The translations under genes were made by a program, and so were the position numbers. A stretch of 64,000 nucleotides of DNA from positions 194,820-258,819 of IMG/VR virus record IMGVR_UViG_3300031994_000003. One strand, written 5' to 3'. Shown here in pieces: positions 28,019-36,092 of this stretch. Source of the DNA: a virus (lineage: Duplodnaviria; Heunggongvirae; Uroviricota; Caudoviricetes). The notes under the pieces are model-generated. The model ran no database searches. It worked only from the letters and a program-made list of their open reading frames with translations, and was not told where the DNA came from. Positions within the stretch are counted from its first letter, which is position 1. Each line of letters starts with the position of its first letter.

Positions 28019-28041
28019 TTTTTTTCTCCTTTAACTTTAAA

Positions 28042-28117
28042 TGGTGGCCCCGGAGGAACTCGAATCCTCGACCCACAGATTAAAAGTCTGTTGCTCTACC
28101 AACTGAGCTACGGGACC
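28042..28117 (-). tRNA. tRNA-Lys (TTT)
   Basis: Anticodon arm ACAGA-CTTTTAA-TCTGT, T-loop TTCGAGT, CCA encoded. Confidence 0.85.
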
Positions 28118-28124
28118 ATATTGA

Positions 28125-28200
<76 letters not shown>

Positions 28201-28374
28201 ATAAATATCATTAACATAATTAACGCTTGAACCTCTAGCCTCCAAGGACATATCCAAATTTACTTTTAATAAATTCAAATACCCTCAGGTGGGATTTGAA
28301 CCACACGATAATTTATTTGCTACCTCTGTTACTTCTGCAGAGTCTTAATTATGTTATGTTATTATTTATATTGT

Positions 28375-28451
28375 TGGTGGATCCACAAGGGCTTGAACCT
28401 TGGACCGCCCGGTTATGGGCCGGGTGCTCTAACCAACTGAGCTATGGATCC
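28375..28451 (-). tRNA. tRNA with CAT anticodon (elongator Met or Ile2)
   Basis: GGATCCA...CCCGG-CCCATAA-CCGGG...CAAGG-TTCAAGC-CCTTG-TGGATCC-A-CCA. Position 33 is C. Confidence 0.75.
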
Positions 28452-28613
28452 ATAACGTGTTCATATTCGATCTCGTTACGCTGTCGTCATTTAGCGCCTG
28501 AACACACATACATACACCTACTATGTTATTTCAAACATACCCTCATTCCTTCCTACCAAATGTATGGCGCTTCTGCTCTCCGCGTTTAAATCTCCGTAAA
28601 ATACGAATCATTA

Positions 28614-28690
28614 GGGTGGCTTCAGTGGGACTCGAACCCACGACCTATCGGGTATGAACCGATTGCTCTAACCAACTGAGCTACAAAGCC
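28614..28690 (-). tRNA. tRNA with CAT anticodon (Met/Ile2)
   Basis: GGCTTTG...ATCGG-TTCATAC-CCGAT...GTGGG-TTCGAGT-CCCAC-TGAAGCC-A. The 3' CCA is not encoded. Confidence 0.75.
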
Positions 28691-28817
28691 AATAAATAAT
28701 TATTTGGATGATTTGGCAATTATCATCATCAGGAAACAGCTCTTAACTGCTCTTCTTCGCACCTTATGCAAAAACCGGGGATGGTTCTGTTCTTTACCAC
28801 TTAAACTACAAATAATA

Positions 28818-29231
28818 TTATTCTCTAGCTAATTTGCTAACAAGCCCCATATCAACTTGTCCATTATAATTTGCTTTAAAATGCTTCATAATAGAAGGCA
28901 TTGATTTATCTTCTAATGTGTTTATAATTTCTCTAATCTTATCTTCAGTTAATTGTTTTGGTAAGAAATCAGATAATACTTTCTTTTGTGCTTCTAATTC
29001 AGAAACTTTATCTTCTTTATTTACTTTACTAAATAATTCAATTTCTTCTTCTAATTGTTTAATCATTTTTTTAATAACCAAAACAACATCTGTATCAGAT
29101 AACTTATCAACCTTTAATTCAATAGCTTTATTCTTAATGTTTCCATAAGCTAATGATAAAATTGATTTTGCAATAATATCATTGTTTTTTCTAGCATCAT
29201 TCATTCCTTGATGGATTTCATCATACTTCAT
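28818..29231 (-). CDS. GatB/YqeY domain protein
   Basis: The 137 aa protein matches YqeY-family proteins over its whole length (...LEEEIELFSK...QKKVLSDFLPKQLTEDKIREII...). Confidence 0.65.
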   Translation of the reverse strand: MKYDEIHQGMNDARKNNDIIAKSILSLAYGNIKNKAIELKVDKLSDTDVVLVIKKMIKQLEEEIELFSKVNKEDKVSELEAQKKVLSDFLPKQLTEDKIREIINTLEDKSMPSIMKHFKANYNGQVDMGLVSKLARE

Positions 29232-29258
29232 ATTTCATATCTCCTTAATTTAATAAAT

Positions 29259-29346
29259 CTGGTGCCTCGTCTCGGATTCGAACCGAGATGGAATTTAATC
29301 CACGGATTTTAAGTCCGTTGTGTCTCACCAGTTGCACCAACGAGGC
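29259..29346 (-). tRNA. tRNA-Leu (TAA), class II
   Basis: GCCTCGT...ACGGA-CTTAAAA-TCCGT-variable arm GGATTAAATTCC...CTCGG-TTCGAAT-CCGAG-ACGAGGC-A-CCA. Confidence 0.85.
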
Positions 29347-29353
29347 ATAATAT

Positions 29354-29430
<77 letters not shown>

Positions 29431-29433
29431 TCA

Positions 29434-29506
29434 TGACGACATCGGAATCGAACCGACAACCTCCTGCGGCTAAGCAGGCGCTCTCCCTTGTTGAGCTAAT
29501 CGTCCG
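29434..29506 (-). pseudogene. aberrant tRNA-like element (good D- and T-arms, odd anticodon loop TTAGCCG, no encoded CCA, 1-72 mismatch)
   Basis: GGACGAT-TA-GCTC-AACAAGGGA-GAGC-G-CCTGC-TTAGCCG-GCAGG-AGGTT-GTCGG-TTCGATT-CCGAT-GTCGTCA. The apparent anticodon AGC has a pyrimidine at position 37. Confidence 0.45.
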
Positions 29507-29601
29507 GAACTTTAATTTTCAGATGCATCTATTAGGTAAAGTTCTTAACCTTTCTATATATAAAATAGCGTTCATGACTCGCCTTTTATAAACTTATATC
29601 A

Positions 29602-29678
29602 TGGTGTGCCTGAATGGACTTGAACCATTGACCTCTCGGTTATCAGCCGAGTGCTCTAACCAACTGAGCTACAGGCAC
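29602..29678 (-). tRNA. tRNA-Ile (GAT)
   Basis: GTGCCTG...CTCGG-CTGATAA-CCGAG...AATGG-TTCAAGT-CCATT-CAGGCAC-A-CCA. Confidence 0.85.
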
Positions 29679-29688
29679 ATTATAAAAA

Positions 29689-29764
29689 TGGTGGAAGATA
29701 GTGGGTTCGAACCACTGACCCTCTGCTTGTAAAACAGATGCTCTCCCAGCTGAGCTAATCTTCC
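29689..29764 (-). tRNA. tRNA-Val (TAC)
   Basis: GGAAGAT...TCTGT-TTTACAA-GCAGA...AGTGG-TTCGAAC-CCACT-ATCTTCC-A-CCA. Confidence 0.85.
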
Positions 29765-29765
29765 A

Positions 29766-29812
29766 TGGTGGAGATGAGGGGAGTCGAACCCCTGTATTGA
29801 ACTCCTATTCAT
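29766..29812 (-). pseudogene. truncated tRNA (3' half only: T-arm plus acceptor 3' strand plus CCA)
   Basis: AGGGG-TTCGACT-CCCCT-CATCTCC-A-CCA is present. No matching 5' acceptor strand or D-arm lies upstream. Confidence 0.45.
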
Positions 29813-30140
29813 TTATTTTCTACATGTTATTTAATTTATTTTTACCATTATACTCATAATTAACAAAAGAATATAATTCCTTAAAATTCTTATGGCGAAT
29901 TTAATACCACCAACGCTTAACTGAACTACTTTATAATTTGTTGGCAATTATATTTCGTTTTTAAATTTTATATTAAATTTAAAATATTATTGCTTAGGCA
30001 AAAACCACTTGGTTGATCATTGCGTTTGCGATTAATTTGTTTGCGTTTATTTCTAAACCTCGACGTTGTTAAGGCAGTCTGCTACCCATGCTTATAAATT
30101 TCAAAAAATCCAAGCGAATACCAAAAAACATCCCCATAAC

Positions 30141-30216
30141 TGGCGTATCCTGAAGGACTCGAACCCTCAACGCCGAGTTCGTAGCCCGGCAGTTTATCCA
30201 GTTAGCCTAAGGATAC
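30141..30216 (-). tRNA. tRNA-Arg (ACG), slightly irregular D-arm
   Basis: GTATCCT...CCGGG-CTACGAA-CTCGG...GAGGG-TTCGAGT-CCTTC-AGGATAC-G-CCA. The D-stem pairing is weak. Confidence 0.65.
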
Positions 30217-30236
30217 ACTATGAAAAAATAATATTA

Positions 30237-30557
30237 TTATTTTTCATCAGTATAAAGTGATAATAGCTTCTTTATAAATCTTTCTAAAGAAGGAGCAGTA
30301 TAATCTTCTGTTTCTCCAAGAACTTGAACTGTAATATCTGTATTACTATCAAATCTTAAAGTTAATAATCCTAAAATAGATTTACCATTAACATAACTAA
30401 AATTTCCTAGTTTAATGTTAATTTCATCAGATGTAAATTCTCCTGCTTTTTCTACAAATGCTGTTGCGAAACCTAAGTTTGATGGTTTGCAATTTTCTGG
30501 AATTGTTACTGTAAATGTGCGCATATTTTTTTGTTCTCCTTTTTTTGTATTATACAT
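30237..30557 (-). CDS. HPr-like phosphocarrier-fold protein lacking His15 (Crh/HPr mimic)
   Basis: Aligns with HPr: TFTVTIPENCKPSNLGFATAFV vs TFKVTADSGIHARPATVLV (His15 replaced), and NGKSILGLLTL vs NLKSIMGVMSL (Ser46 region conserved). Length is 106 aa. Confidence 0.55.
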   Translation of the reverse strand: MYNTKKGEQKNMRTFTVTIPENCKPSNLGFATAFVEKAGEFTSDEINIKLGNFSYVNGKSILGLLTLRFDSNTDITVQVLGETEDYTAPSLERFIKKLLSLYTDEK

Positions 30558-30647
30558 GGCGATGGCTGAGGGATTCGAACCCTCGCACCGGTTATCCGGC
30601 CTACTTCCTTAGCAGGGAAGCCTCTTGAGCCTCTTGAGTAAGCCATC
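30557..30647 (-). tRNA. tRNA-Ser (GCT), class II
   Basis: GATGGCT-TA-CTC-AAGAGGCTCAA-GAG-G-CTTCC-CTGCTAA-GGAAG-variable hairpin GGCCGGATAACCGGTGC-GAGGG-TTCGAAT-CCCTC-AGCCATC-G-CCA. Confidence 0.85.
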
Positions 30648-30654
30648 AATATAT

Positions 30655-30731
30655 TGGTCCGGATTACAGGATTCGAACCTGTGACCCCTTGATCCCAAAT
30701 CAAGTGCTCTACCAAGCTGAGCTAAATCCGG
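30655..30731 (-). tRNA. tRNA-Pro (TGG)
   Basis: CCGGATT (C1-G72)...CTTGA-TTTGGGA-TCAAG...ACAGG-TTCGAAT-CCTGT-AATCCGG-A-CCA. Confidence 0.85.
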
Positions 30732-30737
30732 ATATTA

Positions 30738-30825
30738 GGTGTTCTAGATAGGATTTGAACCTACAAATGATGGCCAGTCACAAAGGGCAATAGCCCTTCT
30801 GCATTCGCCTCATGCGAGCTAGAAC
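30738..30825 (-). pseudogene. aberrant tRNA-like element with the anticodon arm replaced by a stable GC hairpin
   Basis: Acceptor GTTCTAG/CTAGAAC, D-arm GCAT-GAGGCGA-ATGC and T-arm GTAGG-TTCAAAT-CCTAT are good. The anticodon position forms AAGGGC-TATT-GCCCTT, a 6 bp stem with a 4 nt loop. The alternative 7-nt loop CTATTGC gives a nonsense anticodon ATT. CCA is not encoded. Confidence 0.45.
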
Positions 30826-30828
30826 ATA

Positions 30829-30914
30829 TGGTGCCTGGAGCGGGAGTTGAACCCGCATGGCTTTCGCCGCTAGTTTCTAAGACTAGTGTGTCTAACCAGT
30901 TGCACCACCCAGGC
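30829..30914 (-). tRNA. tRNA-Leu (TAG), class II
   Basis: GCCTGGG...CTAGT-CTTAGAA-ACTAG-variable GGCGAAAGCC...GCGGG-TTCAACT-CCCGC-TCCAGGC-A-CCA. Confidence 0.85.
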
Positions 30915-30942
30915 ATATAGGAGTATTATAATACTCCATTTA

Positions 30943-31227
30943 TTAATATAAATTCCAATCTATTTTACCGCTAATAAATCGTTTTGCGGTAGTTTTATTA
31001 TAAACTAAATCTTCATAATTTTTATTCAAGTTATTATTTATTTTATGACGTATTACTTTATTTAAATATCGTTTATAATATTTCTTTAAATGCGGACGAC
31101 CCTTTGATCTAACATAACGATATTTATATACATCAAAATATGCACCACTATAATAGCTTCTAGACTCATTTGCTAATTTTTTAAGTCTTCTTTTAGTTAT
31201 TTGATCTCTATATCTAAAGTTTCCCAT
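30943..31227 (-). CDS. small highly basic protein (94 aa)
   Basis: Lys/Arg/Tyr-rich intact ORF inside the tRNA array. Confidence 0.35.
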   Translation of the reverse strand: MGNFRYRDQITKRRLKKLANESRSYYSGAYFDVYKYRYVRSKGRPHLKKYYKRYLNKVIRHKINNNLNKNYEDLVYNKTTAKRFISGKIDWNLY

Positions 31228-31250
31228 ATAAATATTTCCTTTCTATATAA

Positions 31251-31335
31251 TGGTGGCCAGGGTAGGACTCGAACCTACGAACCCGTTAGGGAGCAGATTT
31301 ACAGTCTGCTGACTTTGCCGCTTTGCTACCTGGCC
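31251..31335 (-). tRNA. tRNA-Tyr (GTA), class II
   Basis: GGCCAGG...GCAGA-CTGTAAA-TCTGC-variable CCCTAACGGG-...-AGGTTCGAGTCCT-ACCCTGGCC-A-CCA. The anticodon arm is identical to E. coli tRNA-Tyr. Confidence 0.85.
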
Positions 31336-31372
31336 ATGTAAAGAGCATAAATTAAATTATGCTCTGAAATAT

Positions 31373-32602
31373 TTAAATAGATTTGATAGTGATTACTCCA
31401 CCTTCACCCATTTGGTATTGTGGAACATCACCAGTCCATTTCTCTATCTTATAAACTTCAATTAACTTTTCTACACCCTTAGCTAATTCATCGGCTGTAA
31501 CTAATGTTTCATCTGGCTTATATAATTTATTATATTGTGTGCCATTTGCTTCTGTAGTAGTTACAACAGTCCAGCCATTAATAGATGCTAATTTTTGTAA
31601 TGCAATTGCAGCATTCTTTTGTCCTGCATATAAAGCAGTATCTGCTTCAATCTTTGCAACATCTTGATCTGCTTGTGCTTTAATTCTTGCAACATCAGCT
31701 TCAGCTTCTGCTCTTAATTGAGCTGACTGAGCTTCAGCTTCTGCATTCTTAATAGCAATTTGTTTATTGTTTTCTGCTTCTGCTAATTGTCTTTCTTGTT
31801 CAATTAAAGCTTGTTGTCTCTTTTGCTCTTCAGCAACCTTTGCTGCAACAGCTGCCTCAAAATCAGGTGTAAATTCTATATTTTTAATATTTACACTAGT
31901 AATTGTAATAAATTGAGAATCACTATCAGTAATAAATGGTGTTGATAATGAGTCTTTGATAACTGTTGCAACAGTTTCTCTTAATTGAATAATTTGTTCA
32001 GCAGTTTTTGTTCCAATTACTGTCTTAGTTGCATCTAACATTTTTGGAGCAATAATATCCTTTAATGCGTTTGTTGAGCCAATATTTTCTGCAACATATC
32101 TAACTTCATTATTAGGAATTCTATATTGAATATTTAAATCAAAACTAATAACTTGATTATCCTTTGAATAAGATGCAGTTTCTTCTTTAGAAAAATTTAT
32201 TGAAATAACTTTTGTATCATACATTTCATACTCATTAGTAAAATACCAGTCCCAATAAACACCAGGGTTTCTAATTCCTGTGACTGTTCCCATATGTCTT
32301 ACAACTGCAACTTCACCGGTATTGACTTGATGAATATTACCGGGAATTAAAATTAATGAAACTAACATTACTACAGCAAATGATATGAATAATATCATTG
32401 TTCTTAATAATGATTTTAATCTCTTTTCTGATTCTTCAATTTGTTCATTCAATTTTTCTGATGTGCCGTATTTAGTTTCTCTTCTAAGGTCATAAAGATT
32501 ATCTTTTAACTGATATCTTTTATAGCCTTTAAATATAGCTAATGCAATAGATGCTATCATAAGAAAAATAAATACTAATATTAATGTTATTTTAATTGCC
32601 AT
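31373..32602 (-). CDS. SPFH/band-7 (stomatin/prohibitin/HflK-like) membrane protein
   Basis: N-terminal TM helices, then an SPFH-domain pattern (VRHMGTVTGIRNPGVYW...ITITSVNIKNIEF), then an Ala/Glu/Gln-rich coiled coil. Length is 409 aa. Confidence 0.7.
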   Translation of the reverse strand: MAIKITLILVFIFLMIASIALAIFKGYKRYQLKDNLYDLRRETKYGTSEKLNEQIEESEKRLKSLLRTMILFISFAVVMLVSLILIPGNIHQVNTGEVAVVRHMGTVTGIRNPGVYWDWYFTNEYEMYDTKVISINFSKEETASYSKDNQVISFDLNIQYRIPNNEVRYVAENIGSTNALKDIIAPKMLDATKTVIGTKTAEQIIQLRETVATVIKDSLSTPFITDSDSQFITITSVNIKNIEFTPDFEAAVAAKVAEEQKRQQALIEQERQLAEAENNKQIAIKNAEAEAQSAQLRAEAEADVARIKAQADQDVAKIEADTALYAGQKNAAIALQKLASINGWTVVTTTEANGTQYNKLYKPDETLVTADELAKGVEKLIEVYKIEKWTGDVPQYQMGEGGVITIKSI

Positions 32603-32634
32603 TCCTGTTCTCCTATTTTCTCCTTTTTATTTTA

Positions 32635-32710
32635 TGGTTGGAGGGGGCGGACTTGAACCGCCGACCTCAGGGTTATGAGCCCTGCAAGCTACCAACTGCT
32701 CCACCCTCCA
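32635..32710 (-). tRNA. tRNA with CAT anticodon, likely initiator tRNA-fMet
   Basis: TGGAGGG (weak U1-A72 pair)...CAGGG-CTCATAA-CCCTG shows three consecutive G-C pairs at the base of the anticodon stem, an initiator hallmark. Then GGCGG-TTCAAGT-CCGCC-CCCTCCA-A-CCA. Confidence 0.7.
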
Positions 32711-32963
32711 ATGTAGTTATTATAATATTCAATAGTAAAAAGCGTTTCCACTTGGTTCTAAAATTAGCTTATAAAAATTAATTATAAGCAAATTTTAAAA
32801 ATTATTATCTATCATTATTTGTATTTTGAGTGTCCATATATCCTTTAAAGTCTTCATATGAAGAGTCAATATATTTGGCAGCTGCAACTATACCAATAAT
32901 GATAGCAATTGTGAAAATAATACTTACTATCATAATACTTGCTCCTTTTTTTAATTTTTTATT

Positions 32964-33039
32964 TGGTGACGGCGGAGGGACTCGAACCCTCGTATGTCAG
33001 GATGAAAACCTGATGTGTTAGCCTCTTCACCACGCCGCC
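32964..33039 (-). tRNA. tRNA-Glu (TTC)
   Basis: GGCGGCG...TCAGG-TTTTCAT-CCTGA...GAGGG-TTCGAGT-CCCTC-CGCCGTC-A-CCA. Confidence 0.8.
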
Positions 33040-33400
33040 GTTATGATGCATAAAGCATCTAAAAATGGTTTGTTTAATTAATAGATGACATATAAACCAT
33101 TACAAAAAAGTCTGCCATCTTGTATAAAAATTTCTTCATATTTTTAATCTCCAATCTAGGTTTTAGCGTCTTTTATCTTGACGAGATGATTAGAGAGTAT
33201 TATTTAGGTTATAAGAGAATCGGCAATGGACCATACTCAATGAGTCATTTCCAACGTCTATCTCTTATCTCATAGCATTAGCTACGGGTTTTATAGACTT
33301 TGCGCCTTGTCTGTGCTATAACTTAAAAAGTTATATCTATAGTTATCACTCCTATCAACAACGTTCAAGGGCTCAGCTATAACTTTTTGTTCCTTTAATT

Positions 33401-33477
33401 TGGCGGTCCGGACGAGACTCGAACTCGCGACCTCCGCAGTGACAGTGCGGCATTCTAACCAGCTGAACTACCGGACC
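33401..33477 (-). tRNA. tRNA-Asp (GTC)
   Basis: GGTCCGG...CCGCA-CTGTCAC-TGCGG...GCGAG-TTCGAGT-CTCGT-CCGGACC-G-CCA. Confidence 0.85.
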
Positions 33478-33521
33478 ATAGAAAAATAAGTAATCAAAAC
33501 ATAGATTACTTATTGAGCATT

Positions 33522-34241
33522 TTATATAACATAATTGTTAAATTCTTCTATTTCTATTGGTTCAAACATTTGTCGTTCAATACATACACATTGACTATTT
33601 ACTGTTTTAGTATGATATTCTGCTAATGTAATTTTATCTTTTGTCATTGAATGAACATGTCCATAGATAAAGAAGAATGGTACATTTTGATTCATTTTAT
33701 CAGGTCTAAATGGTATATGACTTAATATAAAATGTTGTTTTAAAACAGTTCCTCCTCCTCGTCTGAAAGGAATAACTTCTTTAAATCCAGCATTTTCATA
33801 AAATGATTTAGGCAAATTATCATGATTACCCATTATCATTCTTTTTTCACCATTAAGTTTTCCTACTAATTCTCTTAGGTATTCTTTATTACCCATACCA
33901 AAATCACCTAAAAACCAAACTGTATCTGAATTCTTAACTTTTTTGTTCCATTTATAAACTATCATATCATCATGATATTTTAAAAATGTTTTTATTGTTT
34001 CTAAATCATTATCTTTGAATGCTTTGTTAATAATATTAACCCAATCATCAACAGATTTTTCATTAGAAACATGCTCAATAATATATTCTGCAGTAGCATA
34101 GACTCTACTGGGTTCATATTTCAATATGTTTTTATGATTAAAATGAAGATCGCTAATAAAATATGTTTTCATATTTTCATCCTCCTTTATAATATTTTCT
34201 GGCAGGGCCGGCATGATTCGAACATGCGATGACGGAGTCAA
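33522..34241 (-). CDS. calcineurin-like metallophosphoesterase (Ser/Thr phosphatase-like)
   Basis: Motifs ISDLHF, FLGDFGMGN, MGNHDN and YGHVHS. Length is 239 aa. Confidence 0.65.
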   Translation of the reverse strand: MTPSSHVRIMPALPENIIKEDENMKTYFISDLHFNHKNILKYEPSRVYATAEYIIEHVSNEKSVDDWVNIINKAFKDNDLETIKTFLKYHDDMIVYKWNKKVKNSDTVWFLGDFGMGNKEYLRELVGKLNGEKRMIMGNHDNLPKSFYENAGFKEVIPFRRGGGTVLKQHFILSHIPFRPDKMNQNVPFFFIYGHVHSMTKDKITLAEYHTKTVNSQCVCIERQMFEPIEIEEFNNYVI

Positions 34242-34275
34242 AGTCCGTTGCCTTAACCAGCTTGGCTACGGCCCT
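34200..34275 (-). tRNA. tRNA-Gln (TTG)
   Basis: AGGGCCG...ACGGA-CTTTGAC-TCCGT...GCATG-TTCGAAT-CATGC-CGGCCCT-G-CCA. Confidence 0.85.
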
Positions 34276-34352
34276 ATAAATATATGGCATAATAGTCATA
34301 TAGTATATATTGTAATAGCTAATCTATCCTAGACTAACTCTTTTTGTTATAT

Positions 34353-34429
34353 TGGCGGAGACTGTGTGACTCGAACACACGACCCTCTGATTAACAGTCA
34401 GATGCTCTAACCAACTGAGCTAAGCCTCC
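34353..34429 (-). tRNA. tRNA-Asn (GTT)
   Basis: GGAGGCT...TCTGA-CTGTTAA-TCAGA...GTGTG-TTCGAGT-CACAC-AGTCTCC-G-CCA. Confidence 0.85.
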
Positions 34430-34434
34430 AAATA

Positions 34435-34510
34435 TGGTGGAGTCAATGGGGATTGAACCCACGACCTCCTGCGTGCAAAACAGGCGCTCTCCCAACTGAG
34501 CTATGGCCCC
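34435..34510 (-). tRNA. tRNA-Ala (TGC)
   Basis: GGGGCCA...CCTGT-TTTGCAC-GCAGG...GTGGG-TTCAATC-CCCAT-TGACTCC-A-CCA. The G3-U70 Ala identity pair is present, with one C5-A68 mismatch. Confidence 0.8.
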
Positions 34511-35504
34511 AAGTAAAGACTCCTTAGACATCTTAACCAGATGATAAGGATAGCTATTCCTCTCATCCTAAGGTACATCTTTACACTGATTTTAGATTGA
34601 TAGACCTCGTATTTAGTAAATGTACTAATAGCTTTAACACAGCCAAGTTCATTATTATTCCTAATAATTTTTGCTTCTAGACATATCTATTTTTTTGTCT
34701 AAAATTGAGGTATCGTAGATATGACCTAATATTTTGCACTAACACATAATGCTTACCTAGACGATGGAAAATATTAGGATTTATATTTATCTACTAACAG
34801 GTACAACCTGCTCATCTAGGGTACGTTCCCTAGAGTTCCCTTTGCTAACGTGTCCGGTGGGTGGGCTGTTGCAACAGCCGAACGGGTTTTAATGTGTTTC
34901 ACGCAGTCTTTCCTTCAGCCGCGCCCCGTCGCGGATTGGGTTCTTTTTACGTTTATTCCTTACGGGTTATCCAGTTACGTGATTTAAGCCGCAGCACCAT
35001 TTCTGGATCACTTATTCCTTCTGGGTTTAAACGACCATGCCTGTTTTCTTTAATCCGTCCGCCATGCTCTTTAAAAGAGTTTAGGTTAGAGTGATCGTTG
35101 TATGGTTTTCCTTCCATTGGAACAACTAAGTTCCTCTATTAAAATCCATTGAGCGAGGGCCGTGGTATTTCACATTCAGACCCTCAAAACTGTCAATTGA
35201 ATGATATTCTAAGCGTCATTCCCGCAAGTGCATGTATTTATTTATTGTGCGCCCCCTTATACACAGGCCCATAGTGGTATAGTAGGTTAGGTACTATACA
35301 CCCTTCTTTGTTCAGGCATTCCTCCTGAAAAGTTATTTATTAAACCTTTATTCTCCTACCCTTTTATATCAGGCTGACCTGCTTTGCCTACACAATCCAA
35401 GTTATCTCAACTAAATTGCTTCCAACGAGTTTATCTACTTTCGTAGTATCAAGGGTACAGGTCAATATTTTAATATAATTATTAAATTATATAAATATCA
35501 TTTC
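34511..35504 (-). ncRNA. large GC-enriched structured non-coding region, candidate large ornate ncRNA (ROOL/GOLLD-like class) between tRNA-Ser and tRNA-Ala
   Basis: About 1 kb has no ORF longer than 77 aa. The core from about 34790 to 35460 is conspicuously GC-richer than the AT-rich background. It contains many perfect local hairpins (GGCTGTTG-CAACAGCC, CCGCG..CGCGG) and long-range complementarity (GATCACT at 35001 with AGTGATC at 35087). It is flanked on both sides by tRNA genes on the same strand. Strand is assumed from the flanking tRNAs. Confidence 0.5.
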
Positions 35505-35591
35505 TGGCGCCGACTGAGGGATTCGAACCCCCAAACCTTTTACGGCCGACGGTTTTCAAGACCGCTGCATCCGCCACTCTGCCAAGCCGGC
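35505..35591 (-). tRNA. tRNA-Ser (TGA), class II
   Basis: GCCGGCT-TG-GCA-GAGTGGCGGA-TGC-A-GCGGT-CTTGAAA-ACCGT-variable arm-GGGGG-TTCGAAT-CCCTC-AGTCGGC-G-CCA. Confidence 0.85.
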
Positions 35592-35609
35592 ACATAAGAT
35601 AGATAAAAA

Positions 35610-36053
35610 TTATCTATCAAATTCACCAGCATAATACATTTTTAATAGATTATGAGCTGGCCTAATTTCTCTATTAGTTAAATCTGTTGCTCGTATGATT
35701 TCATTTGTTTTTGGATAATACATAAATAAATTTAATTTATTTACTATAAAGGTAATATTTAATTTATCATTATTATCATTAGATATTTCAGTATTCTCAA
35801 ATAATTCATAAGATACATAATTTAACACAGTTTCATCATTTGTTATAATGACGATATCCTTATTATTATCTTTAACCTCCGATAAGAATCTTCCATATGC
35901 TAATTCATTATTTCTATAACCAACTGATCTGTATAGAATAGTAATGTCTGCAGATGGATGTAATTTGCTTATTTTTTCATATGCATTTGCATTAATAGTT
36001 TCTTCATCTTCTGTTAAATCATCTTCTTGCATTTCAATTAAATACATATACAT
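35610..36053 (-). CDS. hypothetical protein (147 aa)
   Basis: Intact ORF between tRNA genes. Confidence 0.35.
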   Translation of the reverse strand: MYMYLIEMQEDDLTEDEETINANAYEKISKLHPSADITILYRSVGYRNNELAYGRFLSEVKDNNKDIVIITNDETVLNYVSYELFENTEISNDNNDKLNITFIVNKLNLFMYYPKTNEIIRATDLTNREIRPAHNLLKMYYAGEFDR

Positions 36054-36092
36054 ATTATTTTTTCCTCTTTTCCTCTTTTATTATTTGGTATG

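Noticed and set aside
34511-35504. tmRNA, RNase P RNA or rRNA fragment as the identity of the GC-rich non-coding region.
   Set aside because: There is no second tRNA-like T-arm/acceptor module or tag-peptide frame, which argues against tmRNA. There is no GGAAAGTCCGG-type P4 sequence, which argues against RNase P. There is no match to conserved 16S or 23S segments that I can recognise. The region is left as an unclassified large structured RNA.
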